A DNA stretch of 64,000 nucleotides from a virus, in the IMG/VR virus record IMGVR_UViG_3300027747_004308, positions 5,127-69,126 of that record, one strand, 5' to 3'. Every line of letters starts with the position of its first letter. Position 1 is the first letter of the stretch. Below are positions 29,740 through 39,528 of this stretch, one piece after another. Made by a program: the position numbers and the translations under genes. The notes under the pieces are model-generated. The model did no database searches. It worked only from the letters and a program-made list of their open reading frames with translations, and was not told the DNA's origin.

Positions 29740-30504
29740 ATGGCATTTTCAGTTAATGACAATGGTACATGGAAAACAGTAAAAAAGCTTAGTGTTAATG
29801 ATGGTACATGGAAAGCAGTAAAATCGGGATGGATTAACAAGAATGGTATTTGGACTAAATTTTATAGCGGTACAACTACAGTAAATGTAACATCGCAAAA
29901 CAACATCAATCTACGAACACTTTATACCAATCAAACAGGAGACAGTTCTAGCGATGCTGTATCGGTTATTTTTAATATAAATGGTAATATAGGTAGTACA
30001 AGCTCAGGTATACCGTCACTCGTTACTGGTACATGGTCTACTGGAAGTGAAATAGTTATTAACATTGCAGCGGGCGTGTATGTTGCAGGAGCAGGTGGGG
30101 GTGCTTGTACAGCGGGAGGAGCCGCGATTTCTTTGAGTAATAATGTTTTGATTATCAATAATGGTATAATTGCTGGTGGCGGAGGAGGGGGAGGTTCAAT
30201 CGGTGCATCAGGCGGCAGAGGAGATGCTCGGGGTGGTACTGGTGCTGGCTTGGTAAATGGTCAACTATATAATGCAACAGCTGGGGGGTACTGGAAATAT
30301 TGTGCTTGGCCTTGGGATTGTGTGGATGGTATTGGTGGTACAGGCGGTGCTTTAGGGAGTGCTGGTTCTCCCCGAGGTGGAAATGGAGGTCCAGGTGCTT
30401 TCGGATATGTATGCTCACAAGGCGCAGGTGGTAACGCCGTTGTTCTAAATAATAAAACCGTTACTTGGTCTCCACAAGGTACGACATACGGTAGTATAAG
30501 TTAA
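29740..30504 (+). CDS. gp38-like glycine-rich adhesin 1
   Basis: Start MAFSVNDNG after TAAATA-N5; NNGIIAGGGGGGG polyglycine pattern as in T-even gp38. Confidence 0.8.
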   Translation: MAFSVNDNGTWKTVKKLSVNDGTWKAVKSGWINKNGIWTKFYSGTTTVNVTSQNNINLRTLYTNQTGDSSSDAVSVIFNINGNIGSTSSGIPSLVTGTWSTGSEIVINIAAGVYVAGAGGGACTAGGAAISLSNNVLIINNGIIAGGGGGGGSIGASGGRGDARGGTGAGLVNGQLYNATAGGYWKYCAWPWDCVDGIGGTGGALGSAGSPRGGNGGPGAFGYVCSQGAGGNAVVLNNKTVTWSPQGTTYGSIS

Positions 30505-30537
30505 AAAAAATATTATTAAAAGAATAAATATTATTAT

Positions 30538-30768
30538 ATGGCCGACGTAGCAATTTCAGATCTAGATGCAGGTACACCCGTGGGTACCGGTGTTGTTCCT
30601 TATTCCGATGGTACAACCACATACAAATCAACTATTACTAATCTTCCTGTAGCATGGAATTCAGTAACTGGAAAGCCTTCTATTGGAACAAACGCTGCAG
30701 GTGCTAGAACAATTTCTACAAGTACACCTACGGGTGGTTCTAGCGGTGATATATGGTACCAGGTTTAA
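30538..30768 (+). CDS. mini-fibre/adaptor (MADVAISDL leader, GDIWYQV terminus)
   Basis: Shared leader; WNSVTGKP and PTGGSSGDIWY fibre motifs. Confidence 0.75.
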   Translation: MADVAISDLDAGTPVGTGVVPYSDGTTTYKSTITNLPVAWNSVTGKPSIGTNAAGARTISTSTPTGGSSGDIWYQV

Positions 30769-30780
30769 TGAAAATGCTTT

Positions 30781-31734
30781 ATGGCATTTTCCGTAAATGA
30801 TAATGGTACTTGGAAGACAGTAAAAAAGCTTAGTGTTTATGATGGTGCATGGAAAGCTGTAAAATCAGGTTGGATCAACAAAGCAGGTGTATGGACTAAG
30901 TTTTATGCAGCCGATCCTTTAGTTGATGTATTAATAGTTGGTGGAGGAGGTGGAGGAGGTGGAGGAGCAGCTGCTAGGCTTGGGGCCTATGCAGGAGGAG
31001 GCGGAGGAGGAGCAGGTGGTTTTAGGTACATCTCACAAATACAATTAAATTTAGGTACAACTTATACAATAACTGTAGGAAATGGTGGTGCAGGTGGTAT
31101 CGGTGGTAGCTCAAGTTCATCCGGTTCAAATGGAGGAGACTCTTCAGCTTTTAGTTATACTAGTACAGGAGGAGGAGGTGGGGGAAAAGTTAGTACTGCA
31201 GGAGGAATAGGTGGTTCAGGTGGAGGAGGGGGCCAAGGGCTAACGGCTGGTGGGGCAGGTAATACGCCTGCTACTTCACCCGTACAAGGATATAATGGTG
31301 GAGGAGGGGCACGTCCAGGTGGAGGGGGCGGCGGCGCTGCAGCAGTAGGAGGATCAAGTGATAACGTTACTGGCGGTAGTGGTGGAGCAGGTGCTTCTTC
31401 ATCTATTTCTGGTGTTTCTGTAGCTTATGCAGGAGGGGGAGGGGGTGGAAAAGGTGAAGGTCGAAACGGCGGTGGTGGAGGAGTAGGCGGTGGTGGTAAT
31501 GGAGCTAGTCCGGGTGACGGGTCTTCGGGTAGCGGGTCCGGAGGTACAGCTAATAGTGGTGGAGGAGGGGGCGGTGGATCAGGCGGCAATGGAGGAAACG
31601 GAGGAAGTGGTGTTGTAATAGTTCGTGCATTATCTACAGCGCCTATACCTATAACTACCGGAGGGGTAACTGTTACTACAGTTGGAACAGACAAAGTATA
31701 TAGTTTTACATCATCAGGCACAATAACATTTTAA
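30781..31734 (+). CDS. glycine-rich adhesin-like protein 2
   Basis: Same MAFSVNDNG docking N-terminus; V.IVGGGGGGG...GGSGVVIV glycine-rich domain. Confidence 0.85.
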   Translation: MAFSVNDNGTWKTVKKLSVYDGAWKAVKSGWINKAGVWTKFYAADPLVDVLIVGGGGGGGGGAAARLGAYAGGGGGGAGGFRYISQIQLNLGTTYTITVGNGGAGGIGGSSSSSGSNGGDSSAFSYTSTGGGGGGKVSTAGGIGGSGGGGGQGLTAGGAGNTPATSPVQGYNGGGGARPGGGGGGAAAVGGSSDNVTGGSGGAGASSSISGVSVAYAGGGGGGKGEGRNGGGGGVGGGGNGASPGDGSSGSGSGGTANSGGGGGGGSGGNGGNGGSGVVIVRALSTAPIPITTGGVTVTTVGTDKVYSFTSSGTITF

Positions 31735-31739
31735 ACAAT

Positions 31740-32642
31740 ATGGCATTTTCAGTTAATGATAACGGTACCTGGAAAACAGTAAAAAAACTCAGTGTTTATG
31801 ATGGTGTATGGAAGGCGGTAAAGTCCGGCTGGATCAACAAAGCAGGTGTATGGACTAAGTTTTATGCTTCTGATACTACTATTACTATAACAGGTGGTAA
31901 TAATATTAACTTGAGATCATTATATGAAACACAAACTGGAGATTATTCATCAACTCCTGTTGATGTTAGTTTTGTTGTAACAGGTAATGTAGGAAGTACT
32001 TCTACCGGAACTGCATCTTTAGTTACAGGCACATGGCCTGCCGGCAGTTCCATCACCCTCACCAATAATGCTATAATTGCAGGTAAAGGAGGTGATGGGG
32101 GAACAACATCGGGTGGTACCAGTTCACCCTGTACCTGCTTTGGCTCATCCGGTGGGTATACCAGCTCTACAGCCGGTACAAATGGAGGAAACGCTATTTC
32201 ATTAGACTATGCATTAGCAATTATTAATAATGGTACGATTGGCGGCGGGGGAGGCGGGGGAACAACTGTGGCTTTTCCATATGCAGTATCCAATGTTCAA
32301 CCTGCCCGCGGCGGAGGCGGTGCAGGTATTAATGCAGGTGTAGCCGGTGGAGAGGGTACATGCAAAGGATCTGGTTCATTTAGAGGGTTTTTTGGTTCAA
32401 ACGGTACAGAGCTTGCAGGAGGGTTAGGAGGCTCCTCATCAGCAAACCGAGATGCAGCTTACGCTACAGCGGGGAACGGAGGAGCTCTTGGACAGCCATC
32501 TACTCAAGGATGGTCAAATTATTATAACTGCGCGTATCGCACTAAGATATATACCTCTACACAATCACCGGGATATGCTTTGGTGAGTAACGGTAAAGCA
32601 TATACTTTAACAGGGAACGCTTTAGTAGGGCCCGTTAACTAA
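31740..32642 (+). CDS. gp38-like glycine-rich adhesin 3
   Basis: Paralog of 29740 gene; NNGTIGGGGGGG. Confidence 0.85.
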   Translation: MAFSVNDNGTWKTVKKLSVYDGVWKAVKSGWINKAGVWTKFYASDTTITITGGNNINLRSLYETQTGDYSSTPVDVSFVVTGNVGSTSTGTASLVTGTWPAGSSITLTNNAIIAGKGGDGGTTSGGTSSPCTCFGSSGGYTSSTAGTNGGNAISLDYALAIINNGTIGGGGGGGTTVAFPYAVSNVQPARGGGGAGINAGVAGGEGTCKGSGSFRGFFGSNGTELAGGLGGSSSANRDAAYATAGNGGALGQPSTQGWSNYYNCAYRTKIYTSTQSPGYALVSNGKAYTLTGNALVGPVN

Positions 32643-32650
32643 ATATTATT

Positions 32651-33370
32651 ATGCCAAGTCAGACATTCACATCAAGTGGTAGTTTTACAGTACCTTCAGG
32701 ATCTGGATCAGGTTCATCTAGTATATCTGTAAACAATGGAGGTACATGGCAAACAGTAAAAAATATTTCTATAAATGATGGCGGGACATGGAAAACAGTA
32801 AAGACAGGGTGGATCAATAAAAATGGTATATGGACACAATTCTTTACACCAACCATTACTCTTACGGTGCAGGTTGTAGGTGGCGGTGGAGGCGGGAGAA
32901 CAGATAACGGAGGTAGTTCAAGTACCCGTTCCGGGGGTGGTGGAACCTCATATTTTGGAAACTACATGTATGCTACAGGAGGCATAGGTGGAGGATGTGG
33001 TACCTGCTCTGGAGGTTCAGGTGCGGGAGGAAATATTCAAAATTCTACTGGCGGAACTGGGCAATATTGTTGCAACGGAGGAGCAGGATTTTTAGGATAT
33101 GGTACTGGAGGTAATGCAACTCCTTGTGGAAGAACCGGGCAATCTTGTGCTCCAACCTGTATTGGCGGAGGTAATCAAAGGGGGGGTTGGGTATGTAATA
33201 GTGGAGGAGGAGGCGGGGGTTATGCTTACGGTACGGTTGAAGCAACTGTAGGAGATGTAATCTCTATTACTGTTGGAGGCGGGGGAGGTAATTATTTTTA
33301 TACAGAAGGATGCCGAGGAGGAAGCTCATCTGCTGGTTCCGCAGGTGTAGTTATTGTTACCTGGGCATAA
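32651..33370 (+). CDS. glycine/cysteine-rich adhesin-like protein 4
   Basis: FTSSGSFTVP glycine-rich domain with internal VNNGGTWQTVK motif. Confidence 0.8.
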   Translation: MPSQTFTSSGSFTVPSGSGSGSSSISVNNGGTWQTVKNISINDGGTWKTVKTGWINKNGIWTQFFTPTITLTVQVVGGGGGGRTDNGGSSSTRSGGGGTSYFGNYMYATGGIGGGCGTCSGGSGAGGNIQNSTGGTGQYCCNGGAGFLGYGTGGNATPCGRTGQSCAPTCIGGGNQRGGWVCNSGGGGGGYAYGTVEATVGDVISITVGGGGGNYFYTEGCRGGSSSAGSAGVVIVTWA

Positions 33371-33378
33371 ATAAAATA

Positions 33379-33609
33379 ATGAAAACGTATGCAGTAGTAA
33401 AAGAGAATAAAATTATTAATATTATTGTGTTAGATAATATTAGCTCCTATCCTACAGAAGATATATTAATTGATGTGTCTAACCCTTTCGTACTCAATGT
33501 ACCAGGGCTTAGTGCATCAGAAACATTTACTCCAAGTATTGGATGGACATATGATGAAAAAGGATTTTTCACTGATCCAGAGCAACATAGATATTGGTAT
33601 ATCAAGTAG
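33379..33609 (+). CDS. putative fibre assembly/chaperone protein
   Basis: MKTYAVV..NKIINIIV...IGWTYD..F; TAAATA-N5-ATG. Confidence 0.65.
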   Translation: MKTYAVVKENKIINIIVLDNISSYPTEDILIDVSNPFVLNVPGLSASETFTPSIGWTYDEKGFFTDPEQHRYWYIK

Positions 33610-33631
33610 TTATAAAATTTCAAAAAAACAG

Positions 33632-33659
33632 TTGACTCTTTCCGCGGTTCAGCCATAAT
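33632..33659 (+). promoter_or_regulatory. sigma70-type early promoter
   Basis: TTGACT-N16-CATAAT. Confidence 0.8.
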
Positions 33660-33668
33660 ATATGGATC

Positions 33669-33995
33669 ATGAATAGCACATTGCTAGAACCAACGGTTCG
33701 TAAGAACCCGGCTAACCGAGAGAACGCCGCCAAGTCCTCTCGCGAGGTGACTCCTCGTTTGGTTTGTATTATTACCGGTAAGTCCCGTCTTACTAACGCC
33801 AAGTATTTGGCTTCGAAACCTGAAGGTTTCGTGACTAACTATATTGCTCGTCCCGCGCTGAAGCTCCTTCGCGCTGGTAAAAGCGTTCAGGACGTTCGGA
33901 CGGAACTCGGTGTGACCGACGTTACTACCGCAATCTCGGATAGCGCTCTCCAGAATGCTATCAAGATCAACGGTAAGTGGTCTAAACAGAGCTAA
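33669..33995 (+). CDS. hypothetical early protein (paralog of 22153-22458)
   Basis: Shared motif; GC-richer codon usage. Confidence 0.85.
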   Translation: MNSTLLEPTVRKNPANRENAAKSSREVTPRLVCIITGKSRLTNAKYLASKPEGFVTNYIARPALKLLRAGKSVQDVRTELGVTDVTTAISDSALQNAIKINGKWSKQS

Positions 33996-34040
33996 TATTA
34001 CAGCTTAAGAAGAGCCCAAGATAACAGTAATATAATCAAC

Positions 34041-34092
34041 GAAACCCCATGCCGAGTTTAGCTCTTCTTTTCGGCATGGGGTTTCTATTTTT
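34041..34092 (+). terminator. intrinsic terminator
   Basis: GAAACCCCATGCCGA...TCGGCATGGGGTTTC plus T-rich tail. Confidence 0.85.
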
Positions 34093-34098
34093 AATTTT

Positions 34099-34311
34099 AT
34101 GAAGAAATATACACACAAAGAATTAATTGATAGGAAGATTCTCTTTATCAATACTGCTGTTAACAAATTTATAATACATGAGGGTAAGATAAATGAGTTT
34201 TCATCTTCCGGTAAATGCATTAAGATAAATCACGAATGGTTTTTGCTAGAGAAGATATCTATACTAGAGCTGTTTACTGAAGAAGAGCGACCTGGCTTAA
34301 GGTTTGTCTAA
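34099..34311 (+). CDS. hypothetical protein
   Basis: ORF. Confidence 0.6.
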   Translation: MKKYTHKELIDRKILFINTAVNKFIIHEGKINEFSSSGKCIKINHEWFLLEKISILELFTEEERPGLRFV

Positions 34312-34973
34312 GGATTTGAACTTACTATAATGTAGTTACCATTATTTGTGGTAATGAACCTTGCATCGTTGGTAATAAGGTAATTATTACGACGAGGTAT
34401 ATTGATTGTGAAGCTACTTGAATTACCGAGAGCAATATAATAGGAAGAATTAGGATAAAGATATGTTAATGTATTTGTTTCGTTAAAGGATCCAATGAGT
34501 GATTGATCATAACGCTTCCAAGAATTGAACGCGGGATATGCAACACTTGTATTATCGATTACAACTGTCCAAGCAAATCCGAGTACAGACGACAGCGGCA
34601 CTGTACCAGCAGAATTAGTAACAGTAGCAGTTAAAATATTAATAGGCAATGAATTTGCAGGCATAGATAAAAACGCAAACGGGCCAACAATCGGTCTTAT
34701 TGTAATGCCTGGATATGAACCTTCTTGTGCAACACTAGCATTAGCAGAGAGTACTACTTGATAAGAAGAGCCAGGCGTAAAGGAAGTTAACCAAGTTAGT
34801 TGAAAGTCAACAGGTAAATCCGGTGTCCAAGAACGTACGCTAGCAGGGTTAGAAGGGTTAACACTACTTACTCTTGTTATACCTGGGTAATTTACAAATG
34901 CGCTTGCTGCACTAGAATTATGTGTATAAAGCTGAAATGTGGGCTGTAATAGTACAGTTTGATAATTAGCCAT
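34308..34973 (-). CDS. late structural-type protein
   Basis: TAAATA-N5-ATG; LTSFTPGSSY-type repeats; C-terminal YLIT..FITT motif. Confidence 0.75.
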   Translation of the reverse strand: MANYQTVLLQPTFQLYTHNSSAASAFVNYPGITRVSSVNPSNPASVRSWTPDLPVDFQLTWLTSFTPGSSYQVVLSANASVAQEGSYPGITIRPIVGPFAFLSMPANSLPINILTATVTNSAGTVPLSSVLGFAWTVVIDNTSVAYPAFNSWKRYDQSLIGSFNETNTLTYLYPNSSYYIALGNSSSFTINIPRRNNYLITNDARFITTNNGNYIIVSSNP

Positions 34974-35010
34974 GTAATTATTTATTCAATAGGTGTATAA
35001 TATTTTAATA

Positions 35011-35316
35011 TTATATTAAGTCAGCTATTTTTCTGTTTATTTTTTTAAAGCTCAAATTAAGAGAGAATGGTTTAACTTTTGCACCGTCATCAAACATTCT
35101 AATAAAGTTATTAGCTACTTTAGGAAGATCGCTCTTATAGGTAGTAATTTTATTGCCATGTTTGATTTTGATTGCAGCTTCTTCAGGTAACACTCTAACA
35201 TAATAAACATTCTTTACCTGTTCCATAATTGAGTTTGCTATAGGGCATTTTCCTGGATTAACCTGTTCACCATTCTTTATATTGGCTTTTGTAACTTTTA
35301 AATTAATATTTCTCAT
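35011..35316 (-). CDS. hypothetical protein
   Basis: CPIA motif; TAAATA-N5-ATG. Confidence 0.75.
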   Translation of the reverse strand: MRNINLKVTKANIKNGEQVNPGKCPIANSIMEQVKNVYYVRVLPEEAAIKIKHGNKITTYKSDLPKVANNFIRMFDDGAKVKPFSLNLSFKKINRKIADLI

Positions 35317-35383
35317 ATAATTATTTAGTCAACTAATACATGCATTTTTACAGAAAATAACGAGTCATAAGATAAATATTAGT

Positions 35384-35992
35384 ATGACCCTTGATGATAT
35401 TAAGATGTTCGAAAGTTATGTTAACAAGCGCTTTAAAGTAATTAACGAAGGTACATACTCAGATGCTAGTTTAGAGCAAGCCAATTCAAAGCGGTTGGTT
35501 GAAATACTCGACATGCTTAAGAGTGATGCCAATCTCGCTACCAAATTTGCTCTTTCACCTGAAGAATTTGCTGGTGTGATTGAATGGGCAAAAACAAAAT
35601 TTGATGCTACTACACCAACAACAAAGCCACCAGGCTATAAAGATGAATCAGGTGCTTTAGGAGGCCCTGTATTTACAACAAAACGTGTTAAAGAATCAGT
35701 TGTTAAAGAGAAAAAAGAAGCCAAGGATGAAGATAACATGGAGATGGTTGTCAAGCCTAAGTCAGAAGAGACCGAAGAAGAGTATCTCGCTCGTCGTGAT
35801 TCTGCTATTAAAGCTGCAATTTCTGCTAAAGAAGAATCAGAAGAACAAGCCGCTCTTAACTCACATTACAATGTTAATCATGAAGCTCTTGATTTAGTTG
35901 ATAAATTAATCAACCACCCCAAGAAATATTCTAAAGCAGATACTATTAAGATCTTGACAATGGCTGCTGATAAGTTACAGAACAAAGCTTAA
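35384..35992 (+). CDS. acidic late protein, possible internal head protein
   Basis: DDIKMFESY leader; TAAATA-N5-ATG. Confidence 0.75.
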   Translation: MTLDDIKMFESYVNKRFKVINEGTYSDASLEQANSKRLVEILDMLKSDANLATKFALSPEEFAGVIEWAKTKFDATTPTTKPPGYKDESGALGGPVFTTKRVKESVVKEKKEAKDEDNMEMVVKPKSEETEEEYLARRDSAIKAAISAKEESEEQAALNSHYNVNHEALDLVDKLINHPKKYSKADTIKILTMAADKLQNKA

Positions 35993-36172
35993 GTTGCTTT
36001 TTAATTACTTTATTATAGAATAGGTTTATGGCTGACGAAAAACCAATTGTTAAAAAACTAAAGTGTGGTGGTTATGGTGTTTATACAACAGATTCTAAAA
36101 CAAAGCAGTTAGCACAAACCGGTTATATTGGTGCTAATCTTACTCTAGAAGCTTGGCTTCCTAAAGACGCAG

Positions 36173-36514
36173 TTATTCAGAAATAATTTTAACTACCTTA
36201 CCAACATAGTTTTGTTGGATAATATAATTTCCATCACAAAGGAAATTGTTATCACCTTTTGCAATAAATCCTTTAAAGGTCTGCAAAACAACTCTATGAC
36301 AAGTTGAAATCTCTTGACTATATTCTGGATCGTTGAAGCAAACAATATCACCTTCTCGTAAAGAGCTATATGGAATATCTTTATCAATGTAAATAAGGTC
36401 ACCGTTCTTAAAGGTAGGGTACATTGAATTGCCATGCACACGAAGCTTTGCAATATCTTCTGCAAATGCGTTAATAGCAAGCAGACCCGTTAAGGCAATA
36501 ATCTTTAATTTCAT
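36173..36514 (-). CDS. signal peptidase I-like (S26, Ser-His/SipW type)
   Basis: GNSMYPTFKNGD, GDIV.F, HRVV, KGDNN; signal peptide. Confidence 0.85.
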   Translation of the reverse strand: MKLKIIALTGLLAINAFAEDIAKLRVHGNSMYPTFKNGDLIYIDKDIPYSSLREGDIVCFNDPEYSQEISTCHRVVLQTFKGFIAKGDNNFLCDGNYIIQQNYVGKVVKIISE

Positions 36515-36768
36515 TATACCGTTATTGTAACGGAATTTAGAAAACTGGCAATATAAAAATTAAGAGAGACTTGGCTGGTTGCCGCCTGTAGCAGCAGGCA
36601 GAGATTGAGTTGGTATCATATCAGCACTGGTAACAAGAGGTGTTTTATCTGCTTGAGGAAGAGGTGATTTCTTTTTCTTTTTGCGTAACTGTTGACGCAT
36701 ATATTCTTTAAAGGTCATAGAAATATTTAATCTAGCCAAAAGGATTGAACTCTTGGCTAGAATTAGGA

Positions 36769-37077
36769 TTACTTGGAGAAGTCGCCAAGATCGCGGCAGA
36801 ATGTATATTCACCGGGTGCAGTTACAACCGTATCATATACTTCTTCTGTCGCATCAGCCATTGCAGCAAAAGGCGATGCTACTGCAAACACACCAAAGCC
36901 AGCAACCGTAGTTGCAGCTCCAATGGGCCTAACAAGTAGTAGATCACCAATGCATGTCCAAACGCTCTCAACTGTTACCTCATCATTACCGCTTGTATTA
37001 GAAGCAGTACCAGAGTCAGCAAGAGCAACGCCTGCAAGCATTACGCTGGCGGCGAGAGTGACTAGTAGTTTATTCAT
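36769..37077 (-). CDS. secreted/membrane protein of bacterial type
   Basis: Signal peptide; DLLLVRPIGAATTV.G...ASPF...P..YTF.R.LG. Confidence 0.75.
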   Translation of the reverse strand: MNKLLVTLAASVMLAGVALADSGTASNTSGNDEVTVESVWTCIGDLLLVRPIGAATTVAGFGVFAVASPFAAMADATEEVYDTVVTAPGEYTFCRDLGDFSK

Positions 37078-37206
37078 ATAAACAATATATATGCATTTTA
37101 TACGGTTTTCCACATAAATATTTTAGTGTAGTTTTGTCATTACTATTTTAGCCATATCAATTGCAAGCTTCTTTGGATTAAGAAAAAAGCATAAATAAAT
37201 ACTTAC

Positions 37207-37911
37207 ATGCTAAAGAAAATACTATTAACTCTATGTTGTCTACTGCCTATAATTTCTAAAGCGGCTACTGTCGGTATTACTAATGATGCTGACTATTATA
37301 TGTATTATGGGACTTATAGCGATACTCGCACTCCTTTCTATGTTGGTGTAAATGATATTACAGCCGGTAGTCCGTATCAATATCATTTTAATGTCGCAGG
37401 TATTGAGATGTCTGATATCTCTAACTTTCAATCTGGTAACACTGCATTACTATATCTCGATTTACAGCGCTTTAGAGTACCTGGAGCAGTTGATCCGAGC
37501 TATCAAGGACCTCCTTCTTATTCTTACCTTACATCTGGAGTTACATTTACTCTTAAGGTAGTAGCGCTAACTGATTCATTTGATAATATTCAATACGCTT
37601 CAAGCCCTCTTGATTGGTATAAGAATAATCTATTAAACCAACCCACAATAGCTTCTGTTAATTTTACTGAGGCAGGATGGAAAGCTATCGATGTTACAAG
37701 TGCATTTGACCAGTGGAAGATTGGTACACTCTCTAATAACGGCCTTGGGTTAGTTGGAACTTATTCTAGTATGACAGGCACAACTGCGCAATTTTATTCT
37801 TCTGAATCTGCTTTTAGTCCTTACGTAAATATAGTTCCTGAGCCTGAGATATTTAAATATTTTGCTACCGCTCTCGTCATTGCTCTCATTATTAGACAAT
37901 TTGCTAAGTGA
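37207..37911 (+). CDS. PEP-CTERM exosortase-target surface protein (DNRLRE-like domain)
   Basis: Signal peptide; IDVT..W...NNG...FYSSE; C-terminal VPEP plus hydrophobic helix and basic residues. Confidence 0.8.
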   Translation: MLKKILLTLCCLLPIISKAATVGITNDADYYMYYGTYSDTRTPFYVGVNDITAGSPYQYHFNVAGIEMSDISNFQSGNTALLYLDLQRFRVPGAVDPSYQGPPSYSYLTSGVTFTLKVVALTDSFDNIQYASSPLDWYKNNLLNQPTIASVNFTEAGWKAIDVTSAFDQWKIGTLSNNGLGLVGTYSSMTGTTAQFYSSESAFSPYVNIVPEPEIFKYFATALVIALIIRQFAK

Positions 37912-38666
37912 AAGCATTCACCCTAGTAGAGCTTTTAGTTGTCGTTGGTATTATTGGAATATTAGCTGGTTTAGGGTTACCAGCATATAAGCAAGCTTCC
38001 GATGCAGGAAAAAAAGCAGCTGATGTTGCCGCATGCAAGACCACAGTTACTGCTTATCTAGCTCATTCAGCTGATAATGAAGGAGTTCTTATGAAAGGAT
38101 ATGATACAAATGGAACAGCCTACGATTCAAACGGACATCTCATGGAAGGTGAAGATATGCATGAAGCACATCGTTGGCCATGGCGACTTGCTCCCTACTT
38201 TAATTACGGGTTTTTAGGCGGCACACATGTTAATGAATCAAAGTCTTTCATTGTAAGTCAAGGTGGTATTACGCAAACATATCTTGTAAGCGTATTGCCT
38301 TCTGTAGGTCTCAATGCAAACTTTATTGGGGGTAATGATTATACATCATATGGATCTTTAAATAAAAAGGGGTTAGTAGCCACTCGATTAGTACAAGTAC
38401 CAAAGCCGGGTAACACTGTAGCGTTTGTAACAACAAGAAGTGAAGCTGTAGGTAAAAGATATAGAGGATTTTATTATGCTGATGCTCCAGCTTATCCCGG
38501 GAAGTGGGCGACAAAGTATGATGATTTAAGTAACCCCAAGGTTACTGGATATGTATCTGCACGCTATAATGGCAATGCTGTTGTTGCATTTTTAGATGGA
38601 CATGTTACCATTATGCCTTATAATCAATTAAACGATATGAAATTATGGTCCCCACTATCCCCATGA
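37908..38666 (+). CDS. PVC-type prepilin N-terminal cleavage/methylation protein (H-X9-DG-like C-terminus)
   Basis: AFTLVELLVVVGIIGILAGL.LP; ARYNGNAVVAFLDGHV. Confidence 0.9.
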   Translation: MKAFTLVELLVVVGIIGILAGLGLPAYKQASDAGKKAADVAACKTTVTAYLAHSADNEGVLMKGYDTNGTAYDSNGHLMEGEDMHEAHRWPWRLAPYFNYGFLGGTHVNESKSFIVSQGGITQTYLVSVLPSVGLNANFIGGNDYTSYGSLNKKGLVATRLVQVPKPGNTVAFVTTRSEAVGKRYRGFYYADAPAYPGKWATKYDDLSNPKVTGYVSARYNGNAVVAFLDGHVTIMPYNQLNDMKLWSPLSP

Positions 38667-38910
38667 AGTTCTGCAAAAGACGAAAAATTGACTACAAAAC
38701 ATCGTTCGGTGTCGAGACATCTTCACATTATGTTACGGAAAAAGATATATTAGATTTTCATGGACCAAAGTTTACAGAGCAGTGGAAGATACTAGCTCGT
38801 CATAAAGGCACTAGTAAATTTGGAGAAGAGGTTGGCTATTTTTACGACGACTATCAACATTTTGCTCGTGCAACAGATAGTTTTATTAATGTAGTTTAAT
38901 AAATTATTGT

Positions 38911-39528
38911 ATGTTTCTACATTTACTGAATGTCATTACAGCCTACAGACCAAATAAGTTCTCTAAACAAATTAAGAAAGCTACAAAAGAAAAGCACGAT
39001 GCTATTGAGAAGCATCCTTTTATTAAGAGTATGATAGATGGCTCTCTTTCAGATTTTAAATATGCTATATATCTTAACAATTTGCTTCCTATCTATAAAG
39101 CTGTCGAAATGTTTTTGTTTTACAGTACTCCTGTAGATAGAGATCTGTTACAATCACGAAAAATAAATAACGATTTAAACGAATATATTCGCTTCCTAGG
39201 TATTAATATAGATAGATCAGAATATATTTTTAATAAAGAGTGGTTAAATTACTTTCTTTTTAAAGATAAGTTTTTACAAAAAGCAGAACTATATATACGA
39301 TGGCTTGCCGATATGTATGGCGGTCAAATTATTAAACGTAATATCCGCTTTAACAGTAAATATGATTTTAATGATCTTAGAAATGAAATAAAGCTAATTC
39401 GTAGAATGATTGAAGATGGTCTAGATGAAACAAATGTAGATAGCTTTATTGAAGAGGTTAATAAAGCTTATGAGTTTCATCACCAACTAGCAGATAAAAT
39501 AAATGAGCTCCCTGAACGATCTTTATAA
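38911..39528 (+). CDS. heme oxygenase (biliverdin-producing)
   Basis: KKATKEKH..IE (proximal His), Y..YL.NL..IY..E, YIRWLADMYGGQII. Confidence 0.88.
   Translation: MFLHLLNVITAYRPNKFSKQIKKATKEKHDAIEKHPFIKSMIDGSLSDFKYAIYLNNLLPIYKAVEMFLFYSTPVDRDLLQSRKINNDLNEYIRFLGINIDRSEYIFNKEWLNYFLFKDKFLQKAELYIRWLADMYGGQIIKRNIRFNSKYDFNDLRNEIKLIRRMIEDGLDETNVDSFIEEVNKAYEFHHQLADKINELPERSL

Noticed and set aside
29622-29840. Minus ORF and the N-terminal extension of 29695 ORF
   Set aside because: Overlap tRNA-Tyr; the real start is 29740
31425-31721. Poly-Pro minus-strand ORF (also 29931, 30155, 32659)
   Set aside because: Antisense shadows of glycine-rich genes
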